Below, one piece after another: positions 18,865 to 26,948 of a stretch of 32,000 nucleotides of DNA. Position numbers and translations under genes: made by a program. Positions within the stretch are counted from its first letter, which is position 1; every line of letters starts with the position of its first letter. This DNA comes from Trichodesmium erythraeum IMS101 (GTDB lineage: Bacteria; Cyanobacteriota; Cyanobacteriia; Cyanobacteriales; Microcoleaceae): NCBI RefSeq assembly GCF_000014265.1, contig NC_008312.1, positions 1,080,001-1,112,000 of the forward strand, in the 5' to 3' direction. The notes beneath the pieces are model-generated. The model was not told where the DNA came from and made no database searches. It saw only the letters and a list, made by a program, of their open reading frames with translations.

Positions 18865-19653
18865 TATTTTTCACCACTAAAACTAAAGCAATATTATTAT
18901 AGTCTTAGTTGCTATTTATCTTGACCCTTCCTTGCACAAAAGCGTAGGTCTTTATGCCAATATTTTGATAATTTAGTTAAGAAAAGACATACCCCAATGA
19001 CTAGTTATTCCTTGATCATTATTGTCTTGATATTTTCCCCAACTATTAAACTCAGGAGAAGTTCAAAGCAGTCAAAGTCCTTAAGCGAGTGAGGTTTTAG
19101 ACCCATTACACGCTCTGCGCTCCAAAGACTTCTGCACCCACCCCTATCCTAGCAGAGGAATATTAAGAATGGGTAAAGGCTATAGGGAATAGCTTACCCT
19201 TGCTTCCTTATCCGTTCTTGGTTTCGGACTACCCACCCGTAACTAAATTAACTAATAAACATTCAAATATCTAAACCAGTAAAACTTTATATAAATTTGA
19301 GCAAGCAAATGAAGAAGCTATAGCATATTAAAGAATTTGATCTAATTTTTCTATTTAAACCATTTCATATTATGTTATTTTTCTTTGCCGACAGATAGAG
19401 CATTGAAACATTTAATTAGTTTCGTCAAAAATTATAAGTTATTGACACCATCCCCAGGGCAAAAGCGTAGAGAAATAACCGAGCCTTAGAAACTCAGCGG
19501 GTTTACTTTTACAAGCTGTCGCTACTTTTGTAGTAGCCTTACACTTGCTTACCCGTCCGTTTTTTTCTAGTGAATACACAAAGAGCAACTAAAACTAACA
19601 ATATAATAACTTATTGTATTAAAAAAAAATCCACTAAAAAATCTACTAAAAAG

Positions 19654-19670
19654 TCGCCCTAGAAGGGCGA
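19654..19670 (-). terminator. Rho-independent terminator of the 51-codon ORF
   Basis: The stem is TCGCCC/GGGCGA with a 5-nt loop. On the minus strand it is followed by CTTTTTAG...TTTTTT...TTTTTTTTT, about 58 nt after the stop at 19729. Confidence 0.6.
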
Positions 19671-19728
19671 AACTTTAAACCAAAATTTTCGGTGAGTTGA
19701 GAAATTTACTAATTTTTTGATACTTGCT

Positions 19729-19884
19729 CTAATCTGCATCTAACCAATTAGGTCCTTGATAAACATCTCCTTCAAAAGGACTTACACCAATCATTGGGTA
19801 CATATCATCACTAGGACCAAAAATCCGACGAATAGCTTCTGAGATATAAACAACGGCCTTTTCCATAGATTTGAAAATACTCAT
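19729..19884 (-). CDS. Small conserved-looking protein (51 aa), below the ORF-track length cut-off
   Basis: Hand translation gives MSIFKSMEKAVVYISEAIRRIFGPSDDMYPMIGVSPFEGDVYQGPNWLDAD*. An AGAGG Shine-Dalgarno-like element lies about 9 nt upstream of the ATG, and a dedicated terminator lies downstream. The sequence resembles a small protein family I recall from cyanobacteria, but I cannot name it. Confidence 0.6.
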   Translation of the reverse strand: MSIFKSMEKAVVYISEAIRRIFGPSDDMYPMIGVSPFEGDVYQGPNWLDAD

Positions 19885-20132
19885 AATTTTACCTCTTTTT
19901 GTAATTAAATTTGATACCTTTTATACTTAATATGAGTTTAGCTCATTCTTACCTAAATTGACTGTAGTTGTAACATTTATTTGAACCTTGTATTATTTCG
20001 TAATTATTTTACTGATGTTACGCAAAAATAGAATTAGTTATAGAATTAGTTGTTGATATAAAGCATCAGCTGTATAGTACATTTACTCAATAAAATTATA
20101 TTTAAATCATCAGTTATAAACAAAATATTTTT

Positions 20133-20160
20133 GTAGAGACATTCCAGAGAATGTCCCTAC
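20133..20160. repeat. Palindromic hairpin element GTAGAGACATTC-caga-GAATGTCCCTAC
   Basis: The 12-bp arms have one mismatch. It belongs to the TGTAGAGAC...GTCTCTAC type of short palindromic intergenic elements common in Nostocales. Confidence 0.7.
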
Positions 20161-20435
20161 TAAGGTCTACCTATAAAAAGCCGGGTGTGGTGTTTTTTGA
20201 ATCAAGCTATAAAACCATTATTTAGCCAAACATTAAATATTTTTCAGCTAATAGTTAAAGGTTTTCGTCCATCGCCGACATAAAATGCTACAGGATATCA
20301 AAGGTTAATTATCCCCATAATAGAAAAATGATCAGCAAAATTAAGACCCCCAACTATCTCCGTAGTTAACTAACATAAAAATCTCAGGGTAGTTAGCAAA
20401 TTTCCCAATCATAAAATTTAGTTTGTGCAGAGAAT

Positions 20436-22013
20436 TTAAAATTTGACTTCTAACTTCTTAATTTGAGGCTCATTTTTAATAGGCGCACTTAAACCTTCAC
20501 TAAGTTTAGAACAACCTAATTTTTCTTCTAAAATATCCATAACTTCACGACCAAAATCATTAGGGTTTCTTTGCCAAACCTCCATACAAACCTCACCAAA
20601 AAATGCACCTAAAAGTTCTGAGTTCCATAACAACTTTCTCGCTGTCCAAGGTATTAAACTTATAGGGTCATATCCAGGACTCAATATTTATTTTGAGAAA
20701 GCATAATCTTCTAAATGAGTATGAGGTTGTAACCCTATAAAAAAAATAGCAGGTTCTACTTTATCAGCTCCAAAAATTTTCTCTAGTTCTCTATGATAAG
20801 CAATAGTTTACCTAATTGTTTCATAGGTTTCATCAATTACATTAAACGAGTAATTAACTGAAACTAAATCATTAAAACCAGCAGCTTTTAAATTTCGACA
20901 ATTTTCCCAAACCACCCGCAAGTTATAACCCATCCGCATTTTTCTAACAAGTTCTTGAGAACCACTGATAATACCAACTTCAAAATAATTCATCCCAGTT
21001 TTTGCCATTAACTCCCACAACTTCGGAGTAAGATATCCGCACGAATATATGCTGCCCAGTGAATATCATTCAGCCCTGCATCAAGGATTTTTTCTAATAA
21101 CTCCACAGCATCATTAATATACTTCCGAGCCGGAATAAACTGAGCATCAGTAAACCAGAAATTACGAATACCACGATCATATAGTTGCTTCATTTCTGCA
21201 ACTACCTCATCAGCAGAGTTGATACGGACTTGTTTACCTTCAATAACTGTATAGATGCAGTAACAACAGTTATGGGGGCAACCGCGTTTTGTTTGTACTC
21301 CAATATAGAAGTCTCGGTCTTGGAGATAATATATAAACTCTGGTCAGATACTATTGATATAGTGATACTCACAAGCAGTTTTCTCAATATAAGTAGGTTG
21401 TTCATGGATCATCCGATCACGGGGTAATGTTTCCCCTACCACATAACATCGTTGATCTCTAAAATCTTCTCCTCAAACAATTTAGTCTTTCTAACAAGAC
21501 CTCTCCTTCCCCACAGATACAATAGTACTAGTGGGTAAGCTACGGCCCAGTTGTTCGTAAAAACACTTACTGCTCCACCAACTACTACTACACGAGCTTC
21601 TGGTCGATAAGCTTGAGCTCTTTTTAGACCCTGTTTAATTAGTCCTATATTGCGCCAAAGCTCTGTGTAATAGGAAGTAGCTAACCGTAGACCTCCTACT
21701 GCACTCCTAAGTTTAATTAGGGGGTTTTTTCCATAATAAAACTCAAAAGCATTTTGCAGAGGGTTTCCTCCACGGCCCCCGACAGGTGCATAGATCTCGA
21801 TATCTCTCCAGGAGAATACTAATAGGTTTGGCTTGAATTTATCAATACAGTGATTTAAAGCTGTTCTTTAGCTAGAGGTGGTACGGCACCCACATCAAAT
21901 ATCTTTTGTTCTACTTCTGGGAAGAGTTTGTGGACATTATTTGCTAAATACACAACTCCGATAGGAAAAATGGGATTACATGGGAGCCGAACATAAAGAA
22001 TTTTATTTTCCAT
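20436..22013 (-). pseudogene. B12-binding-domain radical SAM protein gene, inactivated by multiple frameshifts and nonsense codons
   Basis: Hand translation recovers consecutive segments in different frames: MENKILYVRLPCNPIFPIGVVYLANN.. (stop at 21855-21857); ..ALNHCIDKFKPNLLVFSWRDIEIYAPVGGRGGNPLQNAFEFYY...VVVGGAVSVF; ..QTKRGCPHNCCYCIYTVIEGKQVR (CX3CX2C)...FWFTDAQFIP; ..LMAKTGMNYFEVGIISGSQELVRKMRMGYN...; ..TIAYHRELEKIFGADKVEPAIFFIGLQPHTHLEDYAFSK; ..SPGYDPISLIPWTARKLLWN... In-frame stops lie at 21344-21346 (TGA), 20808-20810 (TAA) and 20688-20690 (TAA). Confidence 0.85.
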
Positions 22014-22445
22014 AATGTCTTTGTGATACAAGGTTGTGTAAATCCTTTTTTAAGAAAGATTGTTAGTCTGTCAGAGTCATTTAGTTTTAATCTTAAACTT
22101 TCTTAAAATTTCGATCTGCAATCTTAAATAATGTTAGTTAATGAGGACAGTCATTTTTATTTTTTTCTATTCCTTACTCCCTGATGCCTAGCCTCTACTG
22201 GAAAAAATATTTACAATAGCAAGCACTAGTTTGTAAGATATTAACGTTTTTTAAAAAAAAATTAATGTTTTTGATCTCCTTTTCCAACTAGATATTTACT
22301 TAGTTGATATAGAGATTTATCTTGACCATTGAATGAAAAACTTTAAACTTAAGTATTCAAAATTACAACTCATAGAGTTCAGTTAATGTTAAGCTATCTG
22401 AATAATTAAATAACTGTATAAACAAAAAACTTTTGATAGATTAAT

Positions 22446-22814
22446 ATGGCACAAATTCTTGATCCCCTACCATCTAAAAGCTCCAATCCAATTATCTGTT
22501 GTTACATAAATGCCACAAGTCAAATCCAGATAGCTAAAATTAGTAATATACCTAATTGGTATTTTGAAAGAGTTGTATTTCCAGGTCAACGTTTAGTATT
22601 TGAATCAGTTATTGGTGCTTTAATGGAGGTTCACACAGGAGCATTGGCCAGCTCTATCTTGTCAGATACAATACCTTGCGATCGCCTACAAATAAATGAA
22701 AGTCCTTATTCTTCAATTTGTGAAACTAAGAATTCTGTAGCAAGATCAGTCAATTTATCTCCAAGACTAACCTCTCCTTCAAAATCAAGACAAGTTTTGA
22801 GTAGAGTAGATTAA
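22446..22814 (+). CDS. DUF1830-family protein (cyanobacteria-specific)
   Basis: IICCYINATSQIQIAKISNIPNWYFERVVFPGQRLVFE...EVHTG...SSILSDTIPCDRL matches the conserved DUF1830 core as I remember it. Confidence 0.8.
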   Translation: MAQILDPLPSKSSNPIICCYINATSQIQIAKISNIPNWYFERVVFPGQRLVFESVIGALMEVHTGALASSILSDTIPCDRLQINESPYSSICETKNSVARSVNLSPRLTSPSKSRQVLSRVD

Positions 22815-22916
22815 TTACCTTAAGCTCCCAAGAGTTAAATTAAAAACTATGAGGATAAATCAACTTAATTATAGTCTAAATATAAGCTTAAAAAAGTTGA
22901 TTTACTAGATAATTAA

Positions 22917-22942
22917 AACTCCAAACAAATGGAGTTGTTTTT
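22917..22942 (+). terminator. Rho-independent terminator after the DUF1830 gene
   Basis: The stem is AACTCCA/TGGAGTT (7 bp) with loop AACAAA, followed by GTTTTTGTGTTT. Confidence 0.65.
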
Positions 22943-23207
22943 GTGTTTCGTATTTCCATAAACCTTAGAGAGAATATGATAGTAATTACTCATTTTCTCT
23001 CTATAATTCCTGACAATTTTTGGATAAAATGAATAGATCTTATGTCAAAGTAAATATTACTAAATAAAAACATTTTTCCTTTGCTTTGATTTGTTCATAT
23101 CCATTTACCAGGACGGTAAAAGACTACCTCCTCAGAAATTATCAAACAAAATTTTAGTTCAAACTAGGTATAATTTTATTATGGTTAATTAGGCGTATTT
23201 ATTCAGT

Positions 23208-23762
23208 ATGATTGAAAATCAAGACTCAGAAACACTTGTATTTAAAATTTCTCCTCTGATAAAACTAACTCTTTTAAGCTTATATGTTGCATTAACTGTA
23301 CCTTTGCCTTTTTTATCTCAAGCCACAAATGCGCCAGTACCCCCTTTTATTTTAGTAATAGGACTAACAATAGGAGCGATAGCATTATATGGAGCTCTAG
23401 CAGAAAGAGTAATAGTAAATGGTCAAGGAATTCAAGTATCCTATCCAGCTTGGGTACCAGACCTCTTTCGCAAAGGTTGGTATTTACCTTGGACAGAAAT
23501 AAAAGCTCTCAAACCTCGGACTACAGGCCAAGGTGGTCTAGTCTACTATTTTTTGAATAACTCTGAAGAAGGTTATTTGTTGCCCATGCGAGTAGTGGGT
23601 TTTGCCAAATTAGTTCGGATAGTAGAAACTTACACTGGTATAGATACAACTGATGTACGTCCTCTATCACAACCTTGGATGTATTTTATTTTATTGGGTT
23701 GTACCATACTTTTACTATTAGTAGATGCTTGGACGATCTTTAATGCAGTTGCAATTTCCTAG
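23208..23762 (+). CDS. Conserved hypothetical membrane protein (two N-terminal TM helices, soluble middle domain, C-terminal TM)
   Basis: A 184-aa ORF with hydrophobic segments LIKLTLLSLYVALTVPLPFL, FILVIGLTIGAIALYGAL and MYFILLGCTILLLLVDAW. It ends 7 nt before the ABC ATPase gene, so the two are probably co-transcribed. Confidence 0.7.
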   Translation: MIENQDSETLVFKISPLIKLTLLSLYVALTVPLPFLSQATNAPVPPFILVIGLTIGAIALYGALAERVIVNGQGIQVSYPAWVPDLFRKGWYLPWTEIKALKPRTTGQGGLVYYFLNNSEEGYLLPMRVVGFAKLVRIVETYTGIDTTDVRPLSQPWMYFILLGCTILLLLVDAWTIFNAVAIS

Positions 23763-23769
23763 CTAAAAA

Positions 23770-24519
23770 ATGGAACAGCAGCAGTCTCAACTATATCTAG
23801 AAAAAGTAAGTTTAACCGCCCCAGTTAGCTCCCTGTATTTACTTAAAAATATTTCTTTTGCTGTAGAAAAAGGTGCTCGGGTTGCGATAGTAGGAGCTTC
23901 TGGAGCGGGTAAGACATCTTTGTTACGACTATTAAATAAATTGAGTTCTCCTACTTCTGGTTATATCTATTTAGATAATCAAGAGTACTGCAAAATACCT
24001 ATAGTTCAACTACGAAAAGAAGTAACTATGGTATTACAGGAGTCAAAACTTTTGGGAATGCCAGTAGTAGAAGCGATCGCTTATCCTTTAAAACTTAGAG
24101 GACTAAAACAAGCAGAAATTGAGCAAAGGTGCGAACATTGGATACAGCAGTTAAATATTCCTGAATCTTGGTTATCCATGTCTGAATTACAACTTTCAAT
24201 GGGGCAAAGACAGTTAGTAGCGATCGCTCGTGCTGCTGTAATTAAACCTAAAATTCTTTTATTGGATGAACCAACCTCAGCCCTAGATCTTGGTAATGCT
24301 AATCGAGTTATACAAGTATTAGCAAAATATGCAGAAAGTGGAGTAACAGTAATTATAGCAACTACTCAAACACATTTAGCCCAACAGTTTTGTCAAAAGC
24401 TAGTATATCTAGAACAAGGAGTATTAATTGAAGATGCCCCTAATAGTAAAGTTAATTGGGTTGAATTGCATCATCATATCATCCAAACACAAGCTCAAGA
24501 AACTGAAGAGTGGAGTTAA
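23770..24519 (+). CDS. ABC transporter ATP-binding protein
   Basis: Walker A GASGAGKTS, Q-loop, signature LSMGQRQ and Walker B ILLLDEPTSALD are present. No permease gene is adjacent. Confidence 0.9.
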   Translation: MEQQQSQLYLEKVSLTAPVSSLYLLKNISFAVEKGARVAIVGASGAGKTSLLRLLNKLSSPTSGYIYLDNQEYCKIPIVQLRKEVTMVLQESKLLGMPVVEAIAYPLKLRGLKQAEIEQRCEHWIQQLNIPESWLSMSELQLSMGQRQLVAIARAAVIKPKILLLDEPTSALDLGNANRVIQVLAKYAESGVTVIIATTQTHLAQQFCQKLVYLEQGVLIEDAPNSKVNWVELHHHIIQTQAQETEEWS

Positions 24520-25111
24520 AGAAGTCGTCACTACTTAGCACTCGACACTCAACAGGAGCATTTTCTTATACCTGAACCAATATTAAGCTGTTGAGCATTC
24601 AAAGCATATCTACAATTTTTCTCAAAAATAATCTTGAAACAACAGATAATAGGAAATATAAAACCTAAATAATTTTTAGTTGAAACCGCCCCAGCAACTC
24701 AGCTCTCCCAACCATATAATCATATAATAATTAGGTCTTACTGATTAATTCTCAAAGCATTGACACAAATTATGTTTGAGGCAAATTTCGGTTTTTCTAA
24801 AAGTACCAGAAGTTAGTCACCTCAAACTCATGCATAGAAATGCATTTGAGGCACTCCCATACCAGAGGGAAGCAAGAGAAAAATATATCCAACTACCTCC
24901 TCTATAAAATCCTTGTTCCGACCTAAGTCCCTTCCATGGAAAGTACCTACCCACAAAAGAAAATAATTATTCAACCAGACTTGATCTAAAAGAACTTCAA
25001 CCCATCCTAAAACATTAGTGGCAACAGCGGTATATTTTTACCCAAAGTAGCTCAAAGCTATTAACCCAGTTTCGACCCAAAAGGCTAACTGAGCTAAAAG
25101 TTGATAGAATA

Positions 25112-25870
25112 TTAAGCTGGTGCAACTTTTTGAGGTTGTTGATAGCTCTTCTGATAATTATTATTCCATTGATCTATAGTTAAAATTTCTCTATTAAATC
25201 TATAACCAACATTTCTAACTGTCTGAATTAGACTAGGTTGACGGGGGTCAATTTCAATTTTTTTCCGCAGAGATAGTACATGAGTATCTATAGTACGAGG
25301 ATTATCTATAGAATCTGGCCATCCTCTGTGCAGTAATTCTGAACGACTTAGGGGTATTCCTTCTGCTTGAGCTAACACATAAAGAAGATTAAATTCTTGT
25401 GGAGTTAAATCAATCAAATTACCCTTGAAGATAACTCTACGGTGTACCAAATCAATAATCAAATCACCATAATCTAAACTAATGGGTGGGGTAGAACTAA
25501 TACTTCTGCGACGACGTAGTAGTGCTTCTATCCTAGCCATAAACTCTTGCATACCAAAAGGCTTTGTAATATAGTCATCCGCTCCTGACTTTAAGCCTGC
25601 CACAATATCAGCTTCAGTTTTGCGTGAGGATAACATTAAAATTAAACACTGTTGCTGTTGCTGAAGCCATTGGCAAAACTCAAAACTATTTCCATCTGGT
25701 AGATCAGTTTCCAGAATTACGAGACTTGGGCAATGAGCGTATATTAATTTTTTTGCATGATCAACATCTGCTGACTGATGAACCAAGTGTTTTGATTGCT
25801 GCAAATGCCAAGCAAGTAAGGAGCGCAGATGCACATTACCCTCTACAATTAAAATACAAGCATCTCCCAC
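25112..25870 (-). CDS. OmpR/PhoB-family response regulator with a non-canonical receiver domain
   Basis: A 252-aa ORF with a GTG start. The receiver-like N-terminal half is ILIVEGN...LVILETDLPDGNS...LMLSSRK...DDYITKPF. The winged-helix C-terminal half is LTPQEFNLLYVLAQ...TIDTHVLSLRKKIE...IQTVRNVGYRF. Confidence 0.9.
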   Translation of the reverse strand: MGDACILIVEGNVHLRSLLAWHLQQSKHLVHQSADVDHAKKLIYAHCPSLVILETDLPDGNSFEFCQWLQQQQQCLILMLSSRKTEADIVAGLKSGADDYITKPFGMQEFMARIEALLRRRRSISSTPPISLDYGDLIIDLVHRRVIFKGNLIDLTPQEFNLLYVLAQAEGIPLSRSELLHRGWPDSIDNPRTIDTHVLSLRKKIEIDPRQPSLIQTVRNVGYRFNREILTIDQWNNNYQKSYQQPQKVAPA

Positions 25871-25988
25871 TTAAATAATTTCCTAATAGATTCTTCTTGA
25901 ATATTACTAAGTATAAAAATAACATAAATTATTGTGGCGCTTTTGTAACAGAAGCTACTAAAAATCATGCACCTAAAATCTAGATAGA

Positions 25989-26700
25989 TTGATTTCTAAC
26001 TGTCTGAGTTGTATTAGCATAAAAATTGATTCTAGCCTGATATCCGTACTTAATTTTGCCGAAAAATTGAGCTTAAAGACTTGCCGATATGATGTGGGTA
26101 ACCTTTTAGTTATTTTTTTGAGCGCGCTCAGTCAGAGACAAAAACGGATATTTAGACAACTAAGTGATCAGAAATTCGGTTGTTTAGTGAGCTGCTTTGA
26201 CACCACAAACTACTCTTATAGTCTAATTATACTAAAATCAGTTAACCTTGATAAGTATATTTTGGTTAGTGTCTGGAGAATTGGAACGCTAATGGCCCCG
26301 ATAATTTTTCAAGGGTACTGTAACAATTAATTAATCTTTGACATACTTCTCCGCGTAAACGCGGGGGGCAGATCCAGAAAGCAGAATTCAATATTCAACG
26401 AGTCAACTTAAATTAAATTGTGATTACTGTAACAATTAATTAATCTTTGACATACTTCTCCGCGTAAACGCGGGGGGCAGATCCAGAAAGCAGAATTCAA
26501 TATTCAAGGAGTCAACTTAAATTAAATTGTGATTGCGGCATCTATCTAATCAATCGAATTTTTCTCTTCCCAAGGGCTTGCCCTTTTCCTTGATACTACT
26601 CCCGTATTCCTTAAAGTACACCTTCTTTCCTTAAAAAACTTATGTGTTCTGGTACTTGTTGTTTAGAACTTTTCTGACTATAAGCATTACAAATCTAATC
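25989..26700 (+). mobile_element. IS630/Tc1-mariner-type DDE transposase gene remnant (5'-truncated, frameshifted)
   Basis: MAPIIFQGYCNN resembles the conserved ..AP..F.G.CN.. block. It is followed by ..QNSIFNES (compare DNA.FHKS) and ..LLPYSLKY (compare LPPYSP.L) in shifted frames. No intact ORF and no clear terminal inverted repeats were identified. Confidence 0.45.
26316..26533. repeat. 109-bp tandem duplication (2 copies, 1 mismatch)
   Basis: The unit TACTGTAACAATTAATTAATCTTTGACATACTTCTCCGCGTAAACGCGGGGGGCAGATCCAGAAAGCAGAATTCAATATTCAA(C/G)GAGTCAACTTAAATTAAATTGTGAT starts at 26316 and again at 26425. It contains the hairpin CCGCG-TAAA-CGCGG. Confidence 0.95.
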
Positions 26701-26720
26701 TCATAACTCTAGTTAATAGT

Positions 26721-26948
26721 TTAATATGCCAACGCTACAATGAAATGGTCAGTCGCTTGTTTTGAGAGCAATTTGATAAGATATCCCTTATTTAAATAAG
26801 GCACAAAGTTCTCCCTAATAGAGTCCGGCTTTAAACCCCATTTTTTTTGTAAAATTTTGACCCGCTTCCAGCTCCCCGATCTCAAAAAGCAAGAGCCATT
26901 TTGGGAGCGAGTAAGGAAGTAAGTAGAAAAACTCAAGAGTAAATGCAA
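26721..26948 (-). pseudogene. Possible IS630-type transposase N-terminal (HTH) fragment in inverted orientation
   Basis: ..SWKRVKILQKKWGLKPDS... weakly resembles the ..RWLKR..ETG.LKPK.. block of IS630 transposases. The ORF has no convincing start context. Confidence 0.3.

Noticed and set aside
19040-19240. Known housekeeping RNA (RNase P, tmRNA, SRP or 6S RNA) in the GC-richer stretch upstream of tnpB
   Set aside because: None of the conserved signature sequences I can recall for these RNAs is present. I keep it only as an unexplained structured region.
21185-21427. An 80-aa (+) and a 67-aa (-) ORF in the middle of the radical SAM region
   Set aside because: Both are wrong-frame or wrong-strand readings of the pseudogene. 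The biologically meaningful frame here contains the CPHNCCYC motif and a TGA stop.
17158-22678. A 5.5-kb stretch without any HIP1 (GCGATCGC) site, coinciding with the pseudogene/IS region
   Set aside because: With 12 sites in 32 kb the mean spacing is already ~2.7 kb, so a gap of this size is not clearly significant on its own. It is consistent with decay but is not independent evidence.
25624-25878. An 84-aa plus-strand ORF
   Set aside because: It is antisense to the receiver domain of the response regulator.
25989-26330. The 113-aa ORF treated as an intact gene
   Set aside because: Only its last ~25 residues resemble a transposase block and the rest is low-quality sequence. I interpret it as part of an IS630-type wreck rather than a functional CDS.
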